Source of the DNA: a virus
Strand: one strand, 5' to 3'
Length of the DNA: 64,000 nucleotides
Virus record (IMG/VR): IMGVR_UViG_3300021425_000008
Span: 77,062 to 141,061 of that record
Shown here: positions 41,427-51,127 of the stretch, in pieces
Position numbering within the stretch: the stretch's first letter is position 1
Layout of the letters: every line of letters starts with the position of its first letter
Made by a program: the position numbers and the translations under genes
The notes under the pieces: model-generated
The model's input: the letters and a program-made list of their open reading frames with translations, nothing else
Told to the model about the DNA's origin: nothing
Databases searched by the model: none

Positions 41427-42467
41427 ATGAAAGTTGCAATAATTTCAGACACGCACTACGGCGCCCGTAAAGGATCTAAACTCTTTCACGATTACTTTGA
41501 AAAATTCTACAACGATGTGTTCTTTCCTACGATAGATAAAGAAGGTATCACCACTGTCATTCACATGGGTGATGCCTTTGATAGTCGAAAGGGTATTGAA
41601 TTCAAGTCATTGAAGTGGTCGAAGAGAGTTGTGTTCAATCCTCTCAAAGAACGTGGTATCAAGATGCATCTCATGGTTGGTAATCATGATGCATATTACA
41701 AGAATACGAATGAAATCAATGCTGTTGATCTTCTCCTAAAAGAATATGATAATGTTGAGGTTTATTCTTCTCCTACAGAAGTATCTGTGGGTGATCTCCC
41801 CGTTCTATTCATTCCTTGGATCAATGAGCAGAACGAAAAAGAAACCAACAGTATTATCAAAAAGACAAAGTGTTCAGTCGCAATGGGACACCTCGAACTC
41901 AACGGATTCGTCGCGACCCCTGGTCACATCATGGAGCACGGTCATGACGCAAGAGCCTTTAATAAGTTCGAGAAAGTCTTTTCGGGACATTATCACGCTC
42001 GATCCGACAATGGGACCGTGTTCTATCTTGGTAATCCCTATGAAATGTTCTGGAATGATGTCGAAAGTCCCAGAGGTTTCACTATTTTTGATACTGAGTC
42101 CCTGGAACATCGACCCGTAAACAATCCATACAGATTGTTCTACAAGATCTTCTACGAAGACACTGACCATCAGACATTCAACACCTCTGAGTATGAGAAC
42201 AAGATCGTCAAGGTCATTGTAAGAAAGAAGACAGACACAAAGAAGTTTGAAAAGTTCATCGACAAACTCTATACGTCTGGTGTTGCTGATCTGAAGATTG
42301 TAGAGAACTTCCAACTCGATGAGTCCGAAGAGTTTGAAGCAGATGAGTCAGAAGACACGATGTCTATCCTCAGTCGTTATATTGACGAATCTGAAACTGA
42401 GTTAAATAAAACAGTAATTCAGTCTCTGATTAAAGAAATATACCAAGAGGCATGTGAGGTCGTATAA
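41427..42467 (+). CDS. gp47: Recombination endonuclease gp47 (Mre11/SbcD-like)
   Basis: Metallophosphoesterase motifs DTHYG, GDAFD, GNHD and SGHYH. Confidence 0.97.
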   Translation: MKVAIISDTHYGARKGSKLFHDYFEKFYNDVFFPTIDKEGITTVIHMGDAFDSRKGIEFKSLKWSKRVVFNPLKERGIKMHLMVGNHDAYYKNTNEINAVDLLLKEYDNVEVYSSPTEVSVGDLPVLFIPWINEQNEKETNSIIKKTKCSVAMGHLELNGFVATPGHIMEHGHDARAFNKFEKVFSGHYHARSDNGTVFYLGNPYEMFWNDVESPRGFTIFDTESLEHRPVNNPYRLFYKIFYEDTDHQTFNTSEYENKIVKVIVRKKTDTKKFEKFIDKLYTSGVADLKIVENFQLDESEEFEADESEDTMSILSRYIDESETELNKTVIQSLIKEIYQEACEVV

Positions 42468-42748
42468 TGTTTATCATTACAGTTGCTGGTAAAGAAAAGG
42501 ACGGTGCATACTCTGTGGTTGATGAGTCTGGGGAACAAGTCCTTTATATCTTCTGTGACGAAGACGACGCAGAAAGATATGCCTTACAACTGGAAGAACT
42601 TGACTACCCCGAGATGAATGTGTTAGAAGTAGAAGATGAGATAATGATCAAGACCTGTGAGATGCATGATCACAGGTACACTATTATAACCACTGACGAT
42701 ATTGTGATCCCTCCTGATTCTGAATATGATAGTTTTCAAAAAAATTAA
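42467..42748 (+). CDS. Hypothetical protein
   Basis: Coupled between gp47 and gp46; EDDAERYA motif. Confidence 0.7.
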   Translation: MFIITVAGKEKDGAYSVVDESGEQVLYIFCDEDDAERYALQLEELDYPEMNVLEVEDEIMIKTCEMHDHRYTIITTDDIVIPPDSEYDSFQKN

Positions 42749-44435
42749 GTGGCAGAATTTTTTATCAACCGGCAATCATCCCACAGAAGTTAATTTAAAC
42801 GAGGGGAACACCACTCTGATCATCGGTTCGAATGGTGCTGGTAAGTCCACCATTCTTGATGCACTGACTTTTGTTTTGTATGGTAAGTCTTTTCGTAAGA
42901 TCAACAAGGGACAGTTGATCAACTCTACGAATGAGAAGGCTTGTCTCGTCGAGATTGAGTTTGATGTGAACTCTGTAAACTGGAAGATTCAACGTGGGAT
43001 CAAACCAAACATCTTCAAGATCTATCGTAACGATGAGGAGTTGGATCAGTCCGCATCAGCAATTGATCAACAGAAGTGGTTGGAACAGAATGTTCTGAAG
43101 ATGAACTACAAGTCATTCACACAGATTGTGATTCTTGGTTCTTCGACCTTTGTTCCGTTTATGCAACTTCCTGTCTCCTCACGTAGAGAAGTTGTAGAAG
43201 ATCTATTGGACATTAAGATCTTCTCCTCGATGAATGATGTGATCAAGGGAAAGATTCGTAATATTCGTGAACAGGTCAAGACTCTGGAACTGAAGAAAGA
43301 GAACTTGAAAGATAAGGTTGATATGCAAAAAGACTTTATCGATAAGATCGAGAGTCAGAGTAAGGATGACATCAAGACACGGATGGATAAGATCGAAACT
43401 CTGAATCAAGAAATTGAAAGATGTTTCAAACAGAGTTTTGAACAAGAAGAAGTATTGGAATACTTACAGAAAGAATTAAAATCTGTTGACAATGCTCAAG
43501 AGAGACTGAGAGAGTTTGGTAGTATCAAAGGTAAACTGTCTCAACGTATACAAAGTATTGTCAAGGAACATAAATTCTTCACAGAAAATACGGTATGTCC
43601 TACCTGTGACCAAGATATTGAGGAGTCGTTTCGAGTAAATAGAATTAGTGACTCCCAATCTAAAGCAGAAGAGCTCCGAGAGGGTTATGAAAAACTTCAA
43701 TCGGCTATTAAAGACGAAGAATTGAGGGAGTCACATTTCAAAACTCTATCCTCTAAAATTTCAGAAACACTTAATGACATTTCTTCTTTCAATGTACAGA
43801 TCTCTGGTTTTCAACGACAGATCAGCGGACTGGAATCAGAAATTCAAACTGTTACCAGTCAGCTCGAGAACAGAAATACTGAGCATGAGAAGTTAGAATC
43901 CTTACACAGTAGTCTTGATAAGACATACGATGAACTGGTAGAGCACAAAGACAATATTTCCTACCACGATTTCATCTATAGTCTTCTTAAAGACGGTGGT
44001 GTAAAAGCAAAGATCATCAAAAAGTATCTACCCCTTATTAACCAACAAGTTAATAAGTATCTACAGATGATGGACTTTTACATCAACTTCAAACTTGACG
44101 AAGAATTCAACGAAACCGTAGAGTCTCCCATTCACGAAGATTTTTCTTACGCATCTTTTAGTGAAGGGGAGAAGATGAGAATTGACCTGTCACTTCTATT
44201 CACCTGGAGGGAAATTGCAAGGGTCAAGAACTCAGTCAATACAAATCTCCTGATTATGGATGAAGTCTTTGATAGTTCACTAGATGGTTTTGGAACCGAT
44301 GAGTTCCTTAAAATTATTCGATACATCATCAAGGACGCAAACATATTCGTTATCAGTCACAAGACTGGTATGGATGATAAGTTTGATTCAGTCGTCAAGT
44401 TCGAAAAACATAAAGGTTTCTCAAGAAAAATTTAA
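42726..44435 (+). CDS. gp46: Recombination ATPase gp46 (Rad50/SbcC-like)
   Basis: GSNGAGKST, CPTC zinc hook, FSEGE signature and LIMDEVFD. Confidence 0.98.
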   Translation: MIVFKKIKWQNFLSTGNHPTEVNLNEGNTTLIIGSNGAGKSTILDALTFVLYGKSFRKINKGQLINSTNEKACLVEIEFDVNSVNWKIQRGIKPNIFKIYRNDEELDQSASAIDQQKWLEQNVLKMNYKSFTQIVILGSSTFVPFMQLPVSSRREVVEDLLDIKIFSSMNDVIKGKIRNIREQVKTLELKKENLKDKVDMQKDFIDKIESQSKDDIKTRMDKIETLNQEIERCFKQSFEQEEVLEYLQKELKSVDNAQERLREFGSIKGKLSQRIQSIVKEHKFFTENTVCPTCDQDIEESFRVNRISDSQSKAEELREGYEKLQSAIKDEELRESHFKTLSSKISETLNDISSFNVQISGFQRQISGLESEIQTVTSQLENRNTEHEKLESLHSSLDKTYDELVEHKDNISYHDFIYSLLKDGGVKAKIIKKYLPLINQQVNKYLQMMDFYINFKLDEEFNETVESPIHEDFSYASFSEGEKMRIDLSLLFTWREIARVKNSVNTNLLIMDEVFDSSLDGFGTDEFLKIIRYIIKDANIFVISHKTGMDDKFDSVVKFEKHKGFSRKI

Positions 44436-44509
44436 TATTGTTACGTTTTCACAAATGTTAGTGAAGTAACACAAACACAACTATATAATGTGTGAATTGG
44501 AGATTGGTA

Positions 44510-44680
44510 ATGCACAATCTGATTTCGCACAATGAACTTGCATCTTGGAAGTGGGATGAAAAGTCTAACTCTGATGAGAAATACGACCAAGTATCCGAAT
44601 ACTTCCAATGCATTTCAGAATGTGGTATCATAGATAGCGACGCAAGGAGGTTCTGCAGACACGTCCTGACCGAAGACTAA
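44510..44680 (+). CDS. 56-aa small Cys-containing hypothetical protein
   Basis: GGAG SD; MHNLISHN...YFQCISEC...C; TATAAT at 44484 upstream. Confidence 0.65.
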   Translation: MHNLISHNELASWKWDEKSNSDEKYDQVSEYFQCISECGIIDSDARRFCRHVLTED

Positions 44681-44703
44681 TCTTGTAAAAGGAGCAATCA
44701 TCA

Positions 44704-44741
44704 CCAAAGACCCCTCTTGGAGAAATTCAAGAGGGGTTTGG
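44704..44741 (+). terminator. Stem-loop, probable terminator
   Basis: CCCCTCTTG/CAAGAGGGG inverted repeat, extended by CCAAA/TTTGG; the U tract is weak. Confidence 0.6.
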
Positions 44742-44746
44742 TCTAT

Positions 44747-44829
44747 GTGCCAATATATAAACTGTCCGACCCAGTACAGACCATGATGGGTTTCGATGTA
44801 TTATAGCTATATCGAGACAGACAACCATG
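44747..44829 (+). promoter_or_regulatory. Early-promoter-like repeated element, copy 1
   Basis: GTGCCA-N7-AACTGTCC...TATTATAGCT...GAGACA...ATG; same 83-nt layout as 46958-47040. Confidence 0.65.
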
Positions 44830-46959
44830 ATCAACTACGAAATCAAGTCACAACTCGCTAAACTCCTTGCCACTGAGAACATGGTGGTGGAGAACGCCAA
44901 TGTGGAGACTGCACAGTTTGATGTGGAACGTCGAGTTCTGACTCTCCCGATGTGGAAGAGGGCATCCAACACTGTATACGATATGCTCGTGGGTCACGAG
45001 GTTGGTCATGCATTGTATACACCTAATGACTGGTCATGGGAAGATCGTATTCCTAAACAGTTTGTCAACGTGACTGAAGATGCACGTATTGAGAAACTGA
45101 TGAAACGTCGATATCCAGGACTGTCTAAGAGTTTCTATCAAGGATACAAAGAACTTGCTGAAGATGATTTCTTTGATCTTGAGAACAATGATCTTGATTC
45201 TTTCAATTTGGCTGACCGTGCCAACCTTTACTACAAGATTGGTAACTTCGTAGATATTCCCTTCACTGAAGAAGAGAAGAAGTATGTTGAGATGATGGGT
45301 GAGACAGAAACCTTTGCTGATGCAGTGATGGTTGCTGAAGAGATCTATAAGTTCTGTAAGGTTCAGAGTCAAAAGGAAGAGAGTGTTGATGTTCCTCTGT
45401 CGGGTAATGGATCTGGTGAAGGAATGACTCACGAAGAGATGCTTGATGAAGCACAACGTCGTGAAGTTGAAAACGGAGAGGGTGAAGAAGACTTTGGTGA
45501 ACTGGAAGATCTTTCTGAAGGTCGCTCAAAACCACAATCAACGACTGCTCCAGAACCCGAAGTTCAAACTGACGACATCTTTGAATCTGGTAAAGAAGAA
45601 TTCAACGGTGGTGTACAACGTGGTGGTCGTGACTTCAACTATCTTGAGGTACCAAAGGTCGATGTTGATAAGATTGTAATCTCTAACAAGCAGATTCATC
45701 AGGAATTGAATGATCATTGGATCGATCAATTGACACCTAAAGAGTATTACTGTGCATATACAGAGACAACAAAGATGACACATCCACGAGACTTTGGTCC
45801 TGTTGATGCTGAGTACGATCAATACAAGAAGTCTTCTCAGAAAGAAGTCAACTATCTCGTGAAAGAGTTTGAGTGTAAGAAGTCTGCAGATGCATACTCT
45901 CGGTCATTCTCTTCTAAGACTGGTACTCTGGATTGTTCTAAACTTCATACCTACAAGTATAACGAAGATCTTTTCAGAAAAGTGAATGTCATTCCTGATG
46001 GTAAGAATCATGGTCTGATCTTTATTCTTGATTGGTCAGGATCTATGGGTGACTGTCTGATGGAAACTATGAAGCAACTGTTCAATTTGATTCAGTTCTG
46101 CAGTAAGGTCAACATTCCTTTTGATGTGTATGCATTCACAAACAACTATCAGAAGAGTGAGGATTATTTTTCTTATACTGAAAGTCCTATTCAGGAAGTC
46201 AAAGAGTATGACATGATCATCAGCCCAGACTTCAGTCTTCTTCACTTCTTCACCAGTGATGTGAACAAGAAACAGCTTGATCAACAAATGAGGAATCTGT
46301 ATCGTATTGCATATTCCATTGTACGTTGGTCTAACTACTCTATTCCTGTCGGTTACAATCTCTCAGGTACTCCTCTGAATGAGGCTATCGTATGTCTTTA
46401 TCAACTTATCCCTCAGTTCAAGACGAAACATAAAGTCCAGAAGATCAATACCGTGATTCTGACTGATGGTGAAGCAAATGTTCTCCCCTTCTATAAAGTC
46501 AACAATTACTACGATGATGGACGTATGGGTTCAGGACGTGTGTACATGGGCGACTTCATTCGCAATCGTAAGACTGGACACACTTACAAGGTTGAGGGTT
46601 CTTTTCACAAGTTCACTGAAGTTCTTCTCGAAGACCTTAAGACGATGAATCCTGGTGTGAATATTATTGGTTTCCGTCTCGCCAGTAATAGTGACTTCAA
46701 AGGATTTGTTCGACGGTATGATGACACCATGACCGAAGAGTCCTACAGGAAGATCAAAAAGAACAAGTCTGTTGCAATCAAGACCAGTGGATATACTTCT
46801 TACTTTGGTATTCTTTCATCTTCTCTTGACAACGACATTGAGTTTGATGTTGAGGATGGTGCAAGTAAAGCAAAAATCCGATCTGCTTTTGTTAAAAATC
46901 TTAATGCAAAGTCTCTAAATAGAAAGGTATTAAGTCAGTTTGTAGATATCATCAGTTGA
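44827..46959 (+). CDS. HEXXH metallopeptidase-like plus VWA (CobT-like) protein
   Basis: HEVGH and NVTEDARIE in the N-terminus; MIDAS DWSGS, GTPL and LTDG in the C-terminus. Confidence 0.85.
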   Translation: MINYEIKSQLAKLLATENMVVENANVETAQFDVERRVLTLPMWKRASNTVYDMLVGHEVGHALYTPNDWSWEDRIPKQFVNVTEDARIEKLMKRRYPGLSKSFYQGYKELAEDDFFDLENNDLDSFNLADRANLYYKIGNFVDIPFTEEEKKYVEMMGETETFADAVMVAEEIYKFCKVQSQKEESVDVPLSGNGSGEGMTHEEMLDEAQRREVENGEGEEDFGELEDLSEGRSKPQSTTAPEPEVQTDDIFESGKEEFNGGVQRGGRDFNYLEVPKVDVDKIVISNKQIHQELNDHWIDQLTPKEYYCAYTETTKMTHPRDFGPVDAEYDQYKKSSQKEVNYLVKEFECKKSADAYSRSFSSKTGTLDCSKLHTYKYNEDLFRKVNVIPDGKNHGLIFILDWSGSMGDCLMETMKQLFNLIQFCSKVNIPFDVYAFTNNYQKSEDYFSYTESPIQEVKEYDMIISPDFSLLHFFTSDVNKKQLDQQMRNLYRIAYSIVRWSNYSIPVGYNLSGTPLNEAIVCLYQLIPQFKTKHKVQKINTVILTDGEANVLPFYKVNNYYDDGRMGSGRVYMGDFIRNRKTGHTYKVEGSFHKFTEVLLEDLKTMNPGVNIIGFRLASNSDFKGFVRRYDDTMTEESYRKIKKNKSVAIKTSGYTSYFGILSSSLDNDIEFDVEDGASKAKIRSAFVKNLNAKSLNRKVLSQFVDIIS

Positions 46960-47040
46960 GCCAGTCGGACAACTGTCCCATCCGCCACCCCACAAGGGTG
47001 GTTTTCGTATATTATAGCTTTGTTGAGACAAATCATCATG
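46958..47040 (+). promoter_or_regulatory. Early-promoter-like repeated element, copy 2
   Basis: GAGCCA-N7-AACTGTCC, CCACCC/GGGTGG hairpin, TATTATAGCT, GAGACA, ATG. Confidence 0.65.
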
Positions 47041-48099
47041 GCACTATCCACTTCTTCTATCGTCGCTTCCCTTCAAGATACTTTCGGACCTGAGGTTACT
47101 ACTGGTGACATTCGTGGATGGTGTGCCATGAATGACATGAGCTATCAGACCGTCACCAAGAAACTCAATGAGTACAAGGTTGGTCGTGGTAAATGGAACC
47201 TCACCGTTCAAGAAAAACTCGAACAGAACTATCAAGCTCCTGCAGCTCTTCCCACAATCGAACAAGACCTTATCCCTCAAAAAGATGATTCCTTCGTCAA
47301 GTTTGGTAACTTCTCTGATATTAAAAAAATTATTCAGTCCCGTCTTTTCTACCCTACGTTTATCACGGGTCTCTCGGGCAATGGTAAAACGTTCCTTGTC
47401 GAACAGGCGTGTGCCCAACTCAAAAGGGAACTGATTCGTGTCAACATTACTATCGAGACTGACGAAGATGACCTTATTGGTGGCTTCCGTCTGGTTAATG
47501 GTGAAACTGTTTGGCATAACGGTCCAGTCATCGAGGCTCTGGAACGTGGAGCAGTACTTCTTCTAGACGAGGTTGACCTGGCTTCTAACAAGATCCTGTG
47601 TCTTCAGTCTATTCTCGAAGGTAAGGGTGTCTTTCTGAAGAAGATCGGTCGATTCGTCAAACCTGCTAACGGTTTCCAAGTCATCGCCACTGCCAACACC
47701 AAGGGTAAGGGTTCTGACGATGGTCGGTTCATCGGTACTAACGTTCTGAACGAAGCATTCCTTGAACGTTTCTGTGTGACCTTCGAACAGTCCTATCCGA
47801 CTCCTTCTACAGAACAGAAGATTCTTGAGTCTGATTGTGATGACAAGGAATTCTGTAAGCACTTGGTTGACTGGGCAGACATCATCCGCAAGACCTTCTA
47901 TGATGGTGGTATTGATGAGATCATCTCCACCCGTCGTCTGGTTCACATCGTCCGTGCATACTCTATCTTTGGTGACAAAGCCAAAGCACTTCAGGTTTGT
48001 ATCAATCGTTTCGATGATGAAACTAAAGCTGCATTCTTGGAACTCTATGACAAAGTTGATGTAGATTTCCAAATGATTGACACTACGGAGGAATCTTGA
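47038..48099 (+). CDS. cobS: CobS-like (MoxR-type) AAA+ ATPase
   Basis: GLSGNGKT, LLLDEVD, ATANTKGKG and NEAFLERF. Confidence 0.9.
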   Translation: MALSTSSIVASLQDTFGPEVTTGDIRGWCAMNDMSYQTVTKKLNEYKVGRGKWNLTVQEKLEQNYQAPAALPTIEQDLIPQKDDSFVKFGNFSDIKKIIQSRLFYPTFITGLSGNGKTFLVEQACAQLKRELIRVNITIETDEDDLIGGFRLVNGETVWHNGPVIEALERGAVLLLDEVDLASNKILCLQSILEGKGVFLKKIGRFVKPANGFQVIATANTKGKGSDDGRFIGTNVLNEAFLERFCVTFEQSYPTPSTEQKILESDCDDKEFCKHLVDWADIIRKTFYDGGIDEIISTRRLVHIVRAYSIFGDKAKALQVCINRFDDETKAAFLELYDKVDVDFQMIDTTEES

Positions 48100-48103
48100 T
48101 AGA

Positions 48104-48556
48104 ATGAACTCATGGTCCCTATTGTATGATGAACTCATGAGTGATGATGAATGGGTGAAAGAAAACGGGGGGTATGAATATACTCCTCTCACCGAATCTT
48201 CTACGGGTAACGTAGATATCCACACAAATTATGAAATGACATTGAACATTGATAACGCTAATGGTTTCTGGAAATATCAGGAAGATGTAATCCTCAAGGA
48301 GATCCGTGACTATCTTGGTGGTACGTATAAAGCACATTATGCTAACGACAACAAGACTCAGACACTGGATCTGATTGATAGTATTGGTGACTCAGAAGCA
48401 TTCTGTCGATCCAACGCAATCAAATATCTCTCACGGTTTGGTAAGAAGGACGGCAAGTCTAAACTTGACATCCTCAAAGCAATCCACTACTGTATTCTCC
48501 TCTATCATTTCTCTGGCATCAATAAGCAACCAAAAGGTAATTATGAAACTTTCTGA
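48104..48556 (+). CDS. DUF3310/SaV-like protein
   Basis: HY...FCRSNAIKYLSRFGKKDG...DILKAIHY. Confidence 0.75.
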   Translation: MNSWSLLYDELMSDDEWVKENGGYEYTPLTESSTGNVDIHTNYEMTLNIDNANGFWKYQEDVILKEIRDYLGGTYKAHYANDNKTQTLDLIDSIGDSEAFCRSNAIKYLSRFGKKDGKSKLDILKAIHYCILLYHFSGINKQPKGNYETF

Positions 48557-49208
48557 ATCTACTGTATCTCTCCTGAAGAACTTCTCTTCGATCAATCAGT
48601 CTATCCTGTTCAAGGAAGGACAGAAGTTGCGTTCAATTTCAGTGATGAAGAACATCCTGGTTGAAGCCAATGTGTCTGAAGAGTTCCCTAAAGACTTCGG
48701 TATCTACGATCTGAACCAGTTCCTCAATGGACTGTCTCTTCACTCCTCTCCTGATCTTGACTTTGACAATGATCAGTATGTTGTAATCAAGGAAGGTCGT
48801 TCTCGTTCTAAGTATTTCTTTGCAGATCCTTCTGTGATTGTTGCACCTCCTGAGAAAGAGATCACTCTTCCGACTGAGGATGTTTGTTTCCAACTGACCA
48901 GTCAACAACTGGAGAAACTGAAGAAAGCTGCATCTGTCTATCAACTTCCCGATATCTCTGTGATTGGTGAAGCTGGTGTCATCAAGTTGGTTACTCGTGA
49001 TAAGAAGAATGATACTTCTAATGACTTCTCTATCATCGTTGGTGAGACAGAGACTGAGTTTGTCTTTAACTTCAAAGAAGAGAACCTGAAGATCGTCCCT
49101 GGTAACTATGATGTGGTTGTGTCAGAAAAACTTCTGTCCCGTTTCCAGAATCAGAACATCGATGTGACCTATTATATCGCTCTGGAACCTGATTCTACCT
49201 TTGGCTGA
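48543..49208 (+). CDS. gp45: Sliding clamp gp45
   Basis: MKLSESTVSLLKNFSSINQS, FGIYDLNQFL and YYIALE. Start placed at ATG 48543. Confidence 0.96.
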   Translation: MKLSESTVSLLKNFSSINQSILFKEGQKLRSISVMKNILVEANVSEEFPKDFGIYDLNQFLNGLSLHSSPDLDFDNDQYVVIKEGRSRSKYFFADPSVIVAPPEKEITLPTEDVCFQLTSQQLEKLKKAASVYQLPDISVIGEAGVIKLVTRDKKNDTSNDFSIIVGETETEFVFNFKEENLKIVPGNYDVVVSEKLLSRFQNQNIDVTYYIALEPDSTFG

Positions 49209-49543
49209 TGAGACACATTCTCTTCACTTTGAAGGGTTGTCCTTTTGGATTGTTGGATGATGAGGCACACATTCGTAACGTTCTTGCGAATGCTGCCACG
49301 CTGTCTGAGAGTACACTACTTGGCATTCAATCTCATAAGTTTCAACCCCAAGGAGTCACTGCTGTTGCTCTTCTTGCAGAGTCCCATATCTCTATCCACA
49401 CATGGCCTGAGAATGGAATGGCAGTATGTGATGTGTTCACATGTGGTGAACAAACAAATCCAAGGTCTGGTGCAACATATATGTACGAGGCAATGGGTGC
49501 AACTGATCTTGTTTCTGAAATCTTCAACAGACCTTTGCAATGA
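49208..49543 (+). CDS. speD: S-adenosylmethionine decarboxylase proenzyme
   Basis: HKFQPQGVT, LAE|SHISIHTWPE pyruvoyl cleavage site, and DVFTCG. Confidence 0.93.
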   Translation: MRHILFTLKGCPFGLLDDEAHIRNVLANAATLSESTLLGIQSHKFQPQGVTAVALLAESHISIHTWPENGMAVCDVFTCGEQTNPRSGATYMYEAMGATDLVSEIFNRPLQ

Positions 49544-50067
49544 ATATCTTTGTTACTGATCCTGATCCCGTCAAGTCTGCTCGTGTCCTACCAGACAAGC
49601 ACATCGTCAAGATGCCCCTAGAGACATGTCAGATGCTCTCTATCGTCTGTTCCGAGAAGTGGGGACATGGGTTCGGAACCATCCCTAAGGCAGATGGTCA
49701 ACCGTACAAGACCACCACAGGTGCCTTCCGTAATCATCCCTGTACCATCTGGGCAAACTCCTTTGTAAACAACTGGAGATGGTTACTTGCTCACGGATTT
49801 GCAATGTGTGATGAGTATGCACTGAGATATGGTAAACCCCATACCTGTTTCAATACTCTTCAGGCAGCAAATGAAATCCTTCCATGTGCAGATCCTCAGG
49901 GTAGGTCAGGTAAAGGTCCAACACCTTTTGTATTTGCTGGACCTGATGAATTCAAATACGATGAAAGTATTGACATCTATACTAAGTACAAAAGATACAT
50001 TGCATCAAAACCATGGGTGAAGGACAACTACCTGAGAATGCCCGAGAGAAAGCCGGACTGGGTTTGA
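49540..50067 (+). CDS. Pyrimidine-dimer DNA glycosylase/endonuclease V-like family protein
   Basis: MNIF...DKHIVKMPLETCQMLS, HPCTIW and EYALRYGKPH. Confidence 0.7.
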   Translation: MNIFVTDPDPVKSARVLPDKHIVKMPLETCQMLSIVCSEKWGHGFGTIPKADGQPYKTTTGAFRNHPCTIWANSFVNNWRWLLAHGFAMCDEYALRYGKPHTCFNTLQAANEILPCADPQGRSGKGPTPFVFAGPDEFKYDESIDIYTKYKRYIASKPWVKDNYLRMPERKPDWV

Positions 50068-50179
50068 TACCTTTCAGTCTCTGTTTACTTGGTACACTTT
50101 GTGTTATAGTAGCAGGGTATTTCCACGGTCACATGAATATTGGTACCGTGTACCACAACTTGCATAACTTTAATTGATT

Positions 50180-51127
50180 ATGAGTCGTAATGATTTCGTC
50201 TGGTGTGAGTCTTATCGACCCCAGACTATTGATGATTGTATTCTTCCTGACGGAATCAAGAATACTTTCAAACAGTTTATAGAGAAGGGGGAAGTGCCTA
50301 ATCTTCTTCTCTCTGGACCTCCTGGATGTGGAAAGACCACTGTCGCCAAGGCACTTTGTCATGAACTTGGAGTAGACTATTATGTCATCAACGGATCCGA
50401 TGAGGGACGATTCCTCGATACTGTCAGAAACAATGCGAAGAATTTCGCTTCGACCGTCTCGCTTTCGTCAACTGCAAAACACAAAGTCATCATCATTGAT
50501 GAGGCAGATAACACAACCCCAGATGTACAACTCTGTCTACGGGCGTTTACTGAGGAGTTTATTGGGAACTGTAGATTCATCTTCACCTGTAACTACAAAA
50601 ACAAAATCATCCAACCCCTCCACTCTCGATGTGCAGTCGTTGACTTCTCCATCAAAGGAAAAGAACGACAAGCCCTCGCAGGAAAGTTCTTCCAACGCCT
50701 CCAACAAATCCTCGATACAGAAAGTGTTGAATATGATAACAAGGTCCTGGTAGAACTCATTCAAAAACACTTCCCTGACTGGAGACGTGTACTCAACGAA
50801 CTACAACGATACTCCGTCAGTGGAAAGATTGATACTGGTATCCTTGCCGCATTCACTAATGTAAAGACAGATGATCTCTTTAAACACCTTAAAGACAAAG
50901 ATTTCCCCAAGGTCCGTAAATGGGTCGTGGATAATCTTGATAATGACCCTCACGTTCTTCTTCGTAGTGTTTACGAGGCAGTATATTCAAAGTTGGATGG
51001 TAGTGGGATCGCTGCTGCTGTACTCATTATTGCTAAGTATCAGTATCAAAGTGGATTCGTTGCTGACCAAGAAATAAATATGCTCGCATGTCTAACTGAA
51101 ATAATGGTTGAATGCAACTTCAAATGA
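50180..51127 (+). CDS. gp44: Clamp loader large subunit gp44
   Basis: YRPQTIDDCILP, GPPGCGKTT, IIDEAD and SRC. Confidence 0.97.
   Translation: MSRNDFVWCESYRPQTIDDCILPDGIKNTFKQFIEKGEVPNLLLSGPPGCGKTTVAKALCHELGVDYYVINGSDEGRFLDTVRNNAKNFASTVSLSSTAKHKVIIIDEADNTTPDVQLCLRAFTEEFIGNCRFIFTCNYKNKIIQPLHSRCAVVDFSIKGKERQALAGKFFQRLQQILDTESVEYDNKVLVELIQKHFPDWRRVLNELQRYSVSGKIDTGILAAFTNVKTDDLFKHLKDKDFPKVRKWVVDNLDNDPHVLLRSVYEAVYSKLDGSGIAAAVLIIAKYQYQSGFVADQEINMLACLTEIMVECNFK

Noticed and set aside
44510-44680. CP12 call for the small Cys protein
   Set aside because: It lacks the AWD-VEEL core and the C-terminal C-x-x-x-P-x-x-x-x-C-x-x-Y-D pattern of CP12.
47563-48225. 220-aa minus-strand ORF and the many other short antisense or out-of-frame ORFs
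   Set aside because: All overlap well-supported + strand genes and look like shadow frames.
48375-48542. Upstream extension of gp45 in the ORF track (similar extensions for gp16, gp55, gp41 and cobS)
   Set aside because: The extensions overlap upstream genes or promoters; family-typical N-termini begin at the downstream ATG.
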